In this document: positions 52,209 to 64,000 of the stretch, piece by piece
Layout: every line of letters starts with the position of its first letter
Numbering within the stretch: the stretch's first letter is position 1
Assembly (NCBI RefSeq): GCF_963921235.1
Contig: NC_086108.1
Span: forward strand, 88,662,001-88,726,000
Direction: 5' to 3'
DNA from: Mobula hypostoma
Lineage: Eukaryota
DNA length: 64,000 nucleotides
Made by a program: the position numbers and the translations under genes
The notes under the pieces: model-generated
What the model was told of the DNA's origin: nothing
Seen by the model: the letters and a program-made list of their open reading frames with translations, nothing else
Databases searched by the model: none

Positions 52209-52303
52209 GATTCAACAGTCAGTCACAAAAGCTCATCAGGAAAGCACACAATTGAGGTCCTTTGGAACCCACCTATGCCAAAACCAGATCACATCCAATT
52301 CCT
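52209..52303 (+). CDS. FRRS1: FRRS1 coding exon 3 (DSTVSHKSSSGKHTIEVLWNPPMPKPDHIQF)
   Basis: Reeler VSH...K..I.V.W..P motif. Acceptor TTCCATAG|, donor CCT|GTAAGC. 95 nt, phase 0 in and phase 2 out. Confidence 0.93.
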
Positions 52304-53672
52304 GTAAGCATTACAGTGCAATTAACAGACAACATTCACTGGATATAAGACTGTTGTAAGCCAGCCACATCTTTTTCACAGAGAGTAATTGTGGCATGTC
52401 TAAGATGTAAATGTAACATACAAATTAGTGAATGTATGGGTGCAACTTCTAAAGCTTAGGAGATGATTAGCCTCATTTTAAGTACATTGAACAAATAATG
52501 TGCAAAGGGTCAAGAAACATTTGCTAGGGACCTGTTATTGTGAATTATATTGGATTTTGAGTCCTACTCTGTTGTGCATGTAGATTGAACAGGTCTAATC
52601 TTGTAAAAACATTAACCCTCGTACACAGAAAGTCACATGAGTTGAGCAGTGAGTCTCAGGTCCAGGGTGGGATGGGGGAAGGCGAGGAGACTTGTAATGT
52701 GACAAGAAGCCTTGAGCAATCAGTTGCTTGACATCAGCATGTGTTATGATAAAGATCGGTAGGAGGGTTGAGATGGAAGTTGATATTACTTGGGTTAGGC
52801 AGCATGTTGGTAGTGGTGTTGTGGGGAGGGATGGGGGAGAATTGATCGGTGTCCTCTAGTTTGGTACTCATGAAGAGTCATTTCCACAGATTTTGAAGAA
52901 GTTCTCTGATATTCTTACAGGCAGGGGTTGTGGGATGGGGACCTAAAAGTGAATGTGAGGTAGGACATGGGTGCCAAAAAGGGCAATCTATTGTGACACA
53001 TTAAAGTGAACCTTCCTGTTACAGTTAGGCCCCAAATATTGCTGAAACAGGCCTCACAACCCTCTGTATGAATGGTTTGTTCTAGCTGTGACTGGACATG
53101 TAAAAGAAAATTGCAATTCTTTGCATCCATTTATGCATGCCTGGGCCCTTGTGCATGATTTCTCACGATCAATGTAACAGTGACAACATCCAAATGTGCA
53201 TTGCTCTGTAGGCAGCTCCGTTGTGCATATAGACTGAAACACATAAATGAGATTCATGGTAATCTCTGAGGAAAAAAAACTCTTCCTTCTTAATGTGGTA
53301 TTTTAAAAGTAGTACTGAGGATGAGGTTGTTAGGACAGAGATGAATACATTTTGGGCTTGAATTTAATATCATTGATCCACCCGCTGTCCAGGTGCAGAG
53401 AGGGGTTGTACAGCACCTTGCTGATTGCTTGATTACAGGCAGATGTCAAGTCAGGTTAATGAGATAACTTAACACTTTTGTATTCAAAATACTGTTCCAC
53501 TCACTGTACTTTGGGTGTAGATCAATAATGAAACATTATCCAGCTCCCCTTCCTATCCATCCCACCATCTCCCCATTGCTAAATTTATAGCCTGGTTTAA
53601 CTTTTAACCTTAAAACATAGCACAAAAGTAATTAATTCTTCCTTAATTTAAACTTTTTTTTTTGCTTTTCAG

Positions 53673-53817
53673 GGCCACAGTGGTTCAGAGGTTCAATATT
53701 TACTGGGTCAAAATACGTGGTCCAATAATTTCTCAAGTAAATGCTTCTTCTTTGTCACAACAACTTGCAACTGAATCTCCAGCAAAACTACCAACAACCA
53801 TCCAGCTTGCTAAACCA
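53673..53817 (+). CDS. FRRS1: FRRS1 coding exon 4 (ATVVQRFNIYWVKIRGPIISQ...LAKP)
   Basis: End of reeler domain (ATVV....YWVKI.GP.ISQ) plus an S/T/P-rich linker. Long polypyrimidine tract then CAG|, donor CCA|GTAAGC. 145 nt. Confidence 0.93.
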
Positions 53818-54589
53818 GTAAGCACTTGTCAAATAGATTAAGGATTTGGGTTCACAGTTCAAGATGAAGGGTTGATATGGGATGTGTAAAAATAGTATTC
53901 ATTTATGTTTATAGTGGACAAATGGATAATTTACTGAATTTGACTTATTCTCAGGCCTTCCAGATGAGAAGCAAACCTTTATTTCATGGGCTTAATATTG
54001 TGGGAATCCTTCTCACATTTATTTAATTTGTGTAGGCATATGTATATCAAACTAGAAACCTCAAGCCCTATAGACTTAGAAAAGCATCTATTTGAAGCCA
54101 ATAATGTAAAATCTATGTAACCATCAAGCATTAAAGCCAGGACCAACAAGCGGCAGGACAGCTTCTTCCACCAGGCCATCAGGCTGATTAATTCACACTG
54201 AAACAATTGTATTTCTAAGCTATATTGACTGTTCTGTTGTATATCTTACTGTACATACTCTTTATTACTATAATTTGCACATTGCACTTTCAGACAGAGA
54301 CATAACGTAAAGACTTTGACTCCTTACGTATGTGAATTCAACTAATTCAAGTTAGTTCATGTTCTTTTGAAAATCTTGAGTTACTTTCTAAAGACAAATT
54401 TTTACATAAAATGGTGCATTTTAGATAAAGGGTTTGTGTCAGATTTCCAAGAAATGAAATGGATTCCAATTTCTTAGTCAGGATATTTTATATATATAGT
54501 GACTTCCATCTCTGGTAGTTGAGCATTTTAAGCAATTTTCTGATAGGAAACAAACAATCTTGACCATTTAATGTTGAATATTACTCTTC

Positions 54590-55265
54590 AGGAGATCTGG
54601 ACTATTCCAGTGGTGTTTAGTATTGTGGCTTTCTGGAGATTTACATGAATATTGCTGTGTAGCCCTAATCATTCAATGCTGTCGTGTAGTGACTTTGGGA
54701 TGATACCAGTTGTAGATATTACTATTGGAACAATGTAATTGTAATTGGAACCCTGGTCATGTTCCATAGTCTTTCAATTTACTTTTTTAATTCAGCATAT
54801 TGCAGGTGTTGTTCACTTACTGATTCTGAAAGTTGTGTGTATTTGGAATGGCTAGATCTATTAAGTAAGTTGTTATTGCTTGTTTATCCTGTAATATTAT
54901 ATCTGGATGGTTATTATGAATTGTCCCATCTGTAATAATGGATTGATTGTAATATAATTTGTGGGACTCTGACTCTAATTCTAAAAGTGGATCAGGTATA
55001 GTTTGTTTTATGAGTTTGTATTTTAAAGCAAGATTTTGGTGAATGATGTTTGCCACTTGATTGTACCTGTGTAAGTAATCAGATTAAGTTAAACTACTCC
55101 AGAATCCTGTAATGTGTTGGATTGTTTCTGGTTTCTCTCGACATTTTCTGTATTTATCACCTTGAATTAGTTGGACTTCTATGATGTATTTTTGATTTTT
55201 TTTGTGTTAACCACCTGTTCCTATATTGCCACAAGGAACTTTTCTGTTTCTGGGAAGAGATTTCC
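54590..55265 (-). mobile_element. R4/Dong/Rex6-like retrotransposon fragment (zinc knuckle and restriction-like endonuclease)
   Basis: CREKPETIQHITG...YLHRYNQVANIIHQNL and HNNHPDIILQDK...YLIDLAIP match the CCHC, RH and PD..D RLE motifs. Confidence 0.75.
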
Positions 55266-57576
55266 AATTATTCATATTCATTATTTATTATGTAATCTAT
55301 AGTACTGCTGCTACAAGAGAAAGTTTCCTATAGTGGGTGAGTTTACGACCAGCTGGCACAGTCTCAGAATTGAGGGACGTCCATTTGGAACAGAAATGAG
55401 GAATAATTTCTTTAGTCAGAGGTTGATGAACCTGTGGAATTCATTGCCACAGACAGCCGTGGAAGCCAATCATCGTATGTCCGACACATATTTAAGACAG
55501 AGGTTGATCAGTTCTTGATTAATCAAAGGCATCAAAGGTTATGGGAAAAATGCAGGAGAATGGAGATGAGAGGGATAATAAATTAGCCATGATGGAATGG
55601 TGGAGCAGACTCCATAGGCTGAATGGCCTAATTCTGCTCTTATGCCTTGTGGTCTGAGGTTTTAAAACAATAAATTTCACCAGCTAAAGTCTTGAGTACA
55701 AGAATTGGGAATGATGTTACAGTTGTATATCATAGAGGAGACATAAAGGACTGCAGATACTGGAATCTGGAGCAACAAACAATCTGCTGGATAAGTTCAG
55801 TGTGCCAAGCAACATCTGTAGGAGGAGATGTATAGTGGGGACACAAGAGACTGCCTTCATGCAGGATGTCAACCTGAAATGCTGACAATTCCTTTCCTCC
55901 CACAAATGCTGCTTAACCCCTCCAGTAGATTGCTGTACATGACATTGGTTATGCTGCAGTTGAATTATTGTGTGCAATTCTGATAGCCAAGCTACCAGCA
56001 AGATGTAACTGAATTAGGGACACAGAGAAGATTAATAAAGCTGTTGTCAGGAATAGGAGCCTTGGATTATAAGAAGGCTGGGTCTGTTTACCATGGAATA
56101 AAGGAGACTGAAAGTTGACATGATAGAGGTATATAAAATGATGTCTATTGCCAGGGTCTATTTTTCATGAATGAGTGCCAAAAACTAGAGGGTATAGGTT
56201 TAAAGTTACAGGGAGGAGGTAAAAAAAAGGATCTAACAGCTAAATGCTTGATTCAAGGGGTAATTACTATCTATCTGGAATGAGCTTCCAGAGAAGGTGG
56301 AGGAGGCAGGAATGGTAACAACTTTGAAAAGGCATCCTGACAGGTACCTGAATGAGCAGGACAGATGGATATGGAATTAAAGCAGACAAGAGGAATTAGA
56401 ATAGATAGGCATGGTAAATGACGTAGAAATGGTGGACCATATAATTTGTTTTTTATGTTGCACATGTTGAAGATGAGTTCATTGTCATATGCACAAGTCC
56501 AAGTATGCACAGGTGCAATGAAAAACTTACTTGCAGCAGCATCACAGACACAGAGTTTCGTATAAGCAGCTTTCACCAGAAAAAAACTTAAACATAAACT
56601 TTTCACAATTTTACAAGACAGAACACAATTGTAAGACAAAGGTCTTTTTAGTGGAAAGTGATTAAAGTTGCCATAGTGTTGCTAAACTATAGTGATTAAG
56701 GTTGTACTGGTTGTTTCAAGAAATGAATGCTTGAAGGGAAGCAACTGTTCTTTTATTTTTTTTTAATTTTGAGGTAAAACATGGCAACAGTACCTTTCGG
56801 CCTAATGAGTGCACCACCCAATTAGATCTTTGTGAACAATTGACGTACAGACCCGTACGTCTTTAGAATGTAGGAGGAAACTGGAGAATGTACAAACTTT
56901 GTACGGACAGCGGCGGAATTGAACCTGGATCACTGACATTGTAATAGCGTAATGCTAATTTCTATTGCTACTGTTCTGCCCCTGTCCTTGACCATGGTGG
57001 AGGGGAGTTCAGGCCTCTATACCTCCTTCCCGTTAGTGGCTGCGAAAAGATGGCATGGTCCATTGATGAGGATTGTTGATGATAGCAGCACACATAAAAT
57101 GCTGGAGGAACTCAGCAGGTCAAGTAGCACCTATGGAAATGAATAGATAGTCGATATTTTGGGCCAAGGCGCTTCTTCAGGACTTAGAAGCAAGGGGAAA
57201 GATGCCAGAATAAAAAGTGTGTTTGGGGGGTGGGTGGTAGAGTCTAGCTGGAAGATGATAGGAGAAGCTAGGTGAGTGGGAAAGGTCAAGGGCTGGAGAA
57301 GAAGGAATCTGATAGGAGAGGAGAGTTTGATGATGGATGTTGCCTTCTTGAAGCAGCGGATCCAGTATTGGGTGGAGTCTACTCTGTCTACTAATGTCTG
57401 CAGCTTCTAACATTCATGTGCATTCGAATTGCTTTAGAAGACCATGTACAACCAGTCAGGATGCTTTCAAAGGTACATATGAAAACGTTTGGATTGAGTG
57501 TTCAGTGACAAGAAGAAAGTATGTTGCCACACTTGTCTTATGATTGCATCTATATGTTTGACCCAGGACAGGTCAT

Positions 57577-59015
57577 TCGATTTTTAAAAAAGGAGGGAGA
57601 GAGAAACCGGGGAATTACAGACCGGTTAGCCTAACGTCGGTGGTGGGGAAACTGCTGGAGTCAGTTATCAAAGATGTGATAACAGCACATTTGGAAAGCG
57701 GTGAAATCATCGGACAAAGTCAGCATGGATTTGTGAAAGGAAAATCATGTCTGACGAATCTCATAGAATTTTTTGAGGATGTAACTAGTAGAGTGGATAG
57801 GGGAGAACCAGTGGATGTGGTATATCTGGAATTTCAAAAGGCTTTTGACAAGGTCCCACACAGGAGATTAGTGTGCAAACTTAAAGCTCATGGTATTGGG
57901 GGTAAGGTATTGAGGTGGATAGAGAATTGGTTAGCAGACAGGAAGCAAAGAGTGGGAATAAACGGGACCTTTTCAGAATGGCAGGCAGTGACTAGTGGGG
58001 TACCGCAAGGCTCAGCGCTGGGATCCCAGTTGTTTACAATATATATTAATGACTTGGATGAGGGAATTAAATGCAGCATCTCTAAGTTTGCGGATGACAT
58101 GAAGCTGGGCGGCAGTGTTAGCTGTGAGGAGGATGCTAAGAGGATGCAGGGTGACTTGGATAGGTTGGGTGAATGGGCAAATTCATGGCAGATGCAATTT
58201 AATGTGGATAAATGTGAAGTTATCCACTTTGGTGGCAAAAATAGGAAAACAGATTATTATCTGAATGGTGGCCGATTAGGAAAAGGGGAGATGCAACGAG
58301 ACCTGGGTGTCATTATACACCAGTCATTGAAAGTGGGCATTCAGGTACAGCAGGCGGTGAAAAAGGCGAATGGTATGCTGGCATTTATAGCGAGAGGATT
58401 TGAGTACAGGAGCAGGGAGGTACTACTGCAGTTGTACAAGGCCTTGGTGAGACCACACCTGGAGTATTGTGTGCAGTTTTGGTCCCCTAATTTGAGGAAA
58501 GACATCCTTGTCATAGAGGGAGTACAAAGAAGGTTCACCAGATTGATTCCTGGGATGGCAGGACTTTCATATGAAGAAAGACTGGATGAACTAGGCTTGT
58601 ACTCGTTGGAATTTAGAAGATTGAGGGGGGATCTGATTAAAACGTATAAAATCCTAAAGGGATTGGACAGGCTAGATGCAGGAAGATTGTTCCCGATGTT
58701 GGGGAAGTCCAGAACGAGGGGTCACGGTTTGAGGATAAAGGAGAAGCCTTTTAGGACTGAGATGAGGAAAAACTTCTTCACACAGAGAGTGGTGAATCTG
58801 CGGAATTCTCTGCCACAGGAAACAGTTGAGGCCAGTTCATTGGCTATATTAAAGAGGGAGTTAGATATGGCCCTTGTGGCTAGGGGGATCAGAGGGTATG
58901 GAGGGAAGGCTGGTGCAGGGTTCTGAGTTGGATGATCAGCCATGATCATAATAAATGGCAGTACAGGCTCGAAGGGCTGAATGGCCTACTCCTGCACCTA
59001 TTTTCTATGTTTCTA
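57577..59015 (+). mobile_element. Young 5'-truncated CR1 with an uninterrupted 428-codon RT/C-terminal ORF
   Basis: ORF 57640..58926 is open, with [22 protein letters not shown] and SKFADD motifs. 3'UTR and TTTCTATG tail are present. Inserted within a Rex-like fragment. Confidence 0.95.
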
Positions 59016-59410
59016 TAAGCTAATGCCCAGGAATTAAAAACTGATGATTCTCTGCCAATTTCCCAGTGTAGACTGGTGCCTAATCGTTCCCTTCCCCTTG
59101 ATGAAGCCAACAATCCTTAGCTTTACAGTTGCTGAATGAGAGGTTCTTGTATCCTACCTCACTGCTGTACACTGACTCATCACTATCTGTGATTTGTCCA
59201 GTAACAGTGATGTCATCAATAAATTTGTATGTGGCATTGGAGCTGTGCTTAACCGCATCATTTGCTTATAGATTGTAGAGCAGGGTCTAAACACATAGTT
59301 TTGAGGTGCACCCATGTTAATGGTCAGTAACAATGAGATGTTGTTACCAATCCTCATTAATTGAAATCTGCTGATGAGGAAGTTGACAGTCCAGTTGCAG
59401 AGGGAGTACA

Positions 59411-59830
59411 TATAACCATATAACCATATAACAATTACAGCACAGAAATAGGCTATCTCGGCCCTTCTAGTCCATGCCAAACGCTTACTCTCATCTAGTG
59501 CCACGGACCTGCACTCAGCCCATAACCCTCCATTCCTTTCCTGTCCATATAGCTATCCAATTTAACTTTAAATGACAATATCGAACCTGCTTCAACCACT
59601 TAAGCTTGAAGCTCGTTCCACACAGCTACCACTCTCTGAGTAAAGAAGTTCCCCCTCATGTTACCCCTAAACTTTTGCCCTTTAACTCTCAACTCATGTC
59701 CTCTTGTTTGAATCTCCCCTACTCTCAATGGAAAAAGCCTATCCACGTCAACTCTATCTATCCCCGTCGTAATTTTAAATACCTCTATCAAATCCCCCCT
59801 CAACCTTCTACGCTCCAAAGAATAAAGACT
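59411..59830 (-). mobile_element. CR1 3' fragment
   Basis: LYSLERRRLRGDLIEVFKI...FFTQRVV motifs; (TTATATGG)n tail. Confidence 0.88.
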
Positions 59831-59865
59831 GAGGCTACATAGGCTCATGTCTTTAAGATTGATAA

Positions 59866-60069
59866 AGGAGAGAAAATCTGAAGATGCTGGAAATCCAGGC
59901 AACACACACAATATGCTGGAGAAGCTCAGCAGGCCAGGCAGCGTCTATGGAAAAAAAGTACAGTCAAGGTTTCAGTCCTGCTGAAGGGTCTCGGCCTGAA
60001 ACGTCGACTGTACTTTTTTCCATAGATGCTGCCTGGCCTGCTGGGTTCTTCCAGCATTTTGTGTGTATT
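59866..60069 (+). mobile_element. Penelope-derived fold-back element with a hammerhead-like motif (59973-60010)
   Basis: Inverted arms; 16-bp TSD TCTTTAAGATTGATAA (59850-59865 / 60070-60085); CAGUC-CUGCUGA-AGGG UCUCGG CCU-GAAA-CGUC-GACUG. Confidence 0.85.
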
Positions 60070-60456
60070 TCTTTAAGATTGATAATGAGTTTGGATATGA
60101 TGGTTGTGATGAATGCTGAGCTATAGCCAATGAATAGCAGCCTGACATAAGTACTACTGTCTAGATGGAAAAGCCAGAAAAATAACTTCTGCTGTTGACA
60201 AATCTATGACCTGTAAGGTGGTGACGTGTCAGGCCAGTGGATAATGGAAAGATGAAATTAGGCTGGAACCAGTGGAAAATGGGAGTTGCAGCTGCAGTGG
60301 GGTCTGCAGGACTTGAGAGAGCAACGATAAGAGAAAATACACAGAAGGAGATTCCTAAGACTGGTGCCCAGCACATCTATATTTCAGCTTCATGTAAGGC
60401 TTGGAAAGTGTGGACTTTGTCATAAGTTCCTGATATTCCTTAATATCATAGTGTAT

Positions 60457-60765
60457 GGGCATGTGGCCAAGTGGTTAAAGCATTCAACTAGCAATCTGAA
60501 GGTCGTGAGTTCGAGTCCCAGCTGAAGGAACGTGTTGTGTCCTTGAGCAAGGCACTTAGTCACACAGTGCTCTGTGACGACACTGGTGCCAAGCTGTATG
60601 GGTCCTAATGCCCCTCCCTTGGACAACATTGGTGTCGTGGAGAGGGGAGACTTGCAGCATGGGCAACTGCTGGTCTTCCATACAACCTTGCCCAGGCCTG
60701 CGCCCTGGAGAGTGAAGACTTTCCATGTGCAGATCCATGGTCTCACAAGACTAACGGATGCTTTT
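60457..60765 (+). mobile_element. tRNA-derived SINE with a CORE-like central block
   Basis: A box TGGCCAAGTGG, B box AGTTCGAGTCC, then GTGTCCTTGAGCAAGGCACTTA. Confidence 0.8.
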
Positions 60766-61413
60766 ACTTTATTTTTGCAGTGTGAACACCCTTGTGCCAT
60801 CTGAAATTATTCTCTTCCAAGAAGCCAAATTAATTTTAATACTAGAGCAAACAAAATCCTTTGTAAAGAAATTTCCACAGGTTTCTCCACAATCACTGGA
60901 ATGGTAGCATAATGGTTAGCACAATGCTTTACAGTTCAGGCGACCGGTGTTCAATTCTCGTTGCTGCCTGTAAGGAGTTTGTACGTTCTCCCCATGTCCG
61001 CATATCTTTCCTTCTGGTGCTCCGGTTTCCTCCCAGCACCCAAAGACATACCAATGGTAGGTTAATTGGTCATTGTAAATTGTCCCGTGATTAGGCTAGC
61101 GTTAAATCGGCAGTTGCCAGGCAGTGTGGCTTGAAGGACCAGAAGGACCTCCTCTGCGCTGTATCTCAATAATAATAAATAAATAAATAAATAAATTAAT
61201 TTCCCACCACTGATTAAATAAGCCACATAAGTGGTTGATTTTAGGTACTTAATCTGTTTCTGAGGTGATTTCATATGTTCTACAATTACTAGACGTATTT
61301 TTCAAAATGGATTACTTCTTTAAATCAAGCGTCTAGTTTGCAATTGAAAATCTTTGCATCGTTAGATTGAATTGGTAAGGTTCAGTGCCTATTTTAGCTT
61401 TTTACGTTGTTAG

Positions 61414-61596
61414 GTTAATGCTACAGACTGTGGTAATAAGAAATCCTGCCTGCGGAACCCCACCGGATGTGACCCTGAGCTCGACAGATTGTGCTTCTTC
61501 CTCTCGTTTACACCACAAGGCTCCTCTGTACTTTTTGAGTTGAGTGGACCATCTAATGGGTACATATCATTTGCCCTGTCTGATGACAAATGGATG
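61414..61596 (+). CDS. FRRS1: FRRS1 coding exon 5 (VNATDCGNKKSCLRNPTGCDPELDRLCFFLSF...FELSGPSNGYISFALSDDKWM), start of DOMON domain
   Basis: CG.KK.C.R.P..CDP and ELSGP..GY.SFALS.D.WM motifs. Acceptor GTTAG|, donor ATG|GTGAGT. 183 nt, phase 0 at both ends. Confidence 0.95.
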
Positions 61597-63096
61597 GTGA
61601 GTACTATTATTGCCCTGGATAAAAGTAATGACATTGATTATGCTAGCTGTTAAGAGTCCAGAGTCTGTGCCATCAATCCATTCACTTTAGGAGAATTTGT
61701 TTTTGTTGCCAGCACTAAATCCATGCAAAAACGTAAAGCAGCATTGGTTACTCGAACTTTAAGCATACATCTCTACCACTTTTCAGCTCAACTGTTGCCT
61801 CGCTCACCCTCTTAGAAACATAGAAACAGGCCTTTCAAATCAACGAGTCTGCACCAACCATAAAACACCCATTTACACAAACCTACATTAGCCCACTTAT
61901 TTTCATTCTCTCACATTCTCCACCTCTCATTTATACCCTTTCTTGCTTCAGAAAATATTCTCCAGTGTACTCCTGGCCTCCTATAACCTTAGGATCATCC
62001 AAAACCCCGCTGCCAATATCCTGAACTTCACCAAGCTTTCTTCACCTGCCACCTCTGATATAACATACACTGGTTCCTAATTAAGTAATACCTTGTTTTA
62101 AAGTTTGCCACTCTTCTCACCAAACCCCTTTGTGACCTTACTTCTCCTCACTTCTGCAATTTCCTCCAGTCACAGAACTCTTAGAGGTATTTGTACTTCT
62201 GCAAATCTGTCCTCTTGAGCATCTACAATGTAATTGCTCTACTATTAGTGCTCATAGCTTCAGCATCAAATATCCTCAAGATCCTGTGTTTCTTCCCCAG
62301 ATCGTTCTGCATTTCTATTCTTTTAAAAATCTTCAAAAAACCTAAATCCTAATGAAGGGTCTCAGTCTGAAATGTTGACTCTTTATTCCTTTCCATAAAA
62401 CTAAGCTCCTCCAGCTTTTTGTGTGTGTTACTCTGGAATTTCAGAATCTTCAAAATCTCTTGTGTCTCCATAAAACCTACCTGCCTGGTCATGTTTTTGG
62501 TCATCTGCCTGAAATATTTATGCATGATAACATTTCTAGGAAGTGCATTTGGGAGCTTGGCTTCATAAGGAAGCTGCTACTGGAAATAGTCGATGCTATA
62601 GTATGGCCAGAAAGAGCAGGAAGGATCCATCAGTCTCTAGTAAGACAGCTGTTGAACACAATGAGTTTGTCTGATTTTGTGGAACCTGTAGGTGAGCTTT
62701 TGTTTCTTAATGCTCCTTCAACTTATCTTTGGGAACCTCTTTGCTAGGACAGTTATTGAATATCAGGCACACTGTATATGACTGCCTAATGTAAGCTGGT
62801 GGAACTGATAGAGGAAAAATATTCTTCACCATTCTGAGCAAAATGCCAGGTAGGAGGCCTCAAAATCTTTCCTATTAGGGTTTTCAATCATAATAAAAAT
62901 AAGGGCATATTAAAATATACTGTTAATGGGAAAGAACAGTATACAAGGAGGCTAAGGACAAACACGTCTGCAATCCATTCTTAAAGCTTTATTTAATTTT
63001 GTCAGTGAAAGAACAAGATGCACAATAAAAAATGCAGCAAGCTGATTTGTTAGTATTGAATTTGAATCTCTACGTAATTAAAATCTTCTGTTTCAG

Positions 63097-63195
63097 GGTG
63101 ATGATGATGTTTACTTGTGTGTTGTTAATGATCGAAGTGTACAGATCAATCCAGCCCATTCCACTGGCCGCTCACATCCAATATTGGATTCACAG
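63097..63195 (+). CDS. FRRS1: FRRS1 coding exon 6 (GDDDVYLCVVNDRSVQINPAHSTGRSHPILDSQ), DOMON domain
   Basis: Continues the M-GDDD.YLC and GRSHP motifs. Acceptor TTTCAG|, donor CAG|GTAGGT. 99 nt. The gene continues beyond the right edge. Confidence 0.94.
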
Positions 63196-63309
63196 GTAGG
63201 TGAGCCCGAATGGGGCTTCTGACTGCAAATTTGCTATGTACACTTATAAGGTGAGTAGGGTTTTCTCCAGTTTATAACAATTTCTTAGCCTTGAGCAAAG
63301 ACTAGAGTT

Positions 63310-63775
63310 AGAAAACCTTATGTTTGCATTAACTTATGAAGATAGGTTGAATAAGCTAGGGCTTTTCTCTTTGGAGTGAAAGAGGATGAGAGGTGACTTG
63401 ATAGAGGTGTACAGGATAATAAGGGGCGTAGATTGATTGGGTAGCCTGAGACTTTTGCCCAGTGTGGAAATGGCAAAAATGGGGAGGGGCATAATTTTAA
63501 GGTGATTGGAGGAATGTATGGGGGAGAATGTCAGGGTTGTGTTCTGTACACGGAGAGTGGTGAGTGTGTAGAATACCCTACCAGGAGTGGTGATAGATAC
63601 TGATACATTAGTGCTGTTCAATAAATTCTTAGATCGGCACATGGATGATAGAAAAATGGAAGGTTACATAGGAGGAAAGGGTTAGATTGTCCTTGGAATA
63701 GGTTGAAAGATCAGTACAACATTGTGGGCTGAAAGGCCTGTAATGTGCTGCAATGTTCTATATTCTATGTTCTAA
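63310..63775 (+). mobile_element. CR1 3' fragment; older, more degenerate CR1 remnants at ~13000-14600(-), 40800-41600(-) and 55330-56450(+)
   Basis: RLNKLGLFSLE..RMRGDLIEVY motif remnants and a (TTCTAT)-type tail. Confidence 0.8.
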
Positions 63776-64000
63776 TAACAGTGGACGTGGGAAAGAACAA
63801 TGTGGAAAAGATAAATGATTCAGGGTTGATTAGTAAGCTTAAGAGGATGTGGTATTCATAAACATTGATGAAGGGCAGACAAAAGCTCACTGAGATTTTT
63901 ATCAGAAAGAAATTAAGGGGAAGACATTCACCCTGAACAATGGTGTATTGTCATTTTATGATCCACCCATCCTTTACTTTTAAACCAGACTTTTCTAAAA

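Noticed and set aside
57640..58926. 428-aa ORF as a host or domesticated gene
   Set aside because: It is a 5'-truncated CR1 ORF2 with a CR1 3'UTR and tail, and has a near-identical partial copy elsewhere in the window.
63196..63205. Alternative donor GTGAGC 4 nt downstream of the FRRS1 exon 6 donor
   Set aside because: It would shift the frame, and overlapping GT at +5 is common in donor sites. No evidence of use.

Overview
Vertebrate genomic DNA, very repeat-rich. The CR1/V-SINE/Penelope repeat landscape suggests a cartilaginous fish, probably a ray; this is inference. Two host genes lie head-to-head. AGL (glycogen debranching enzyme) is on the minus strand, with three coding exons (18377-18458, 6797-7004, 2190-2359) and a probable CpG promoter near 20.0-20.25 kb, and continues off the left edge. 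FRRS1 (reeler-DOMON ferric-chelate reductase) is on the plus strand, with six coding exons from 43636 to 63195, and continues off the right edge. All coding exons have GT/AG boundaries and compatible phases. The rest is a dense, often nested set of transposable elements: CR1, Rex1/Babar-like, Nimb/I-like, R4-like and HERO-like LINE pieces, Penelope fragments, three solo LTRs with 5-bp TSDs, a full-length defective Tc1 element and several SINE families. The most striking hidden structure is a family of short Penelope-derived fold-back elements with 11-16 bp target-site duplications. They carry a minimal type I hammerhead ribozyme motif (CUGAUGA-stem II-GAAACGUH). The two best-preserved copies lie in sense orientation in FRRS1 introns.
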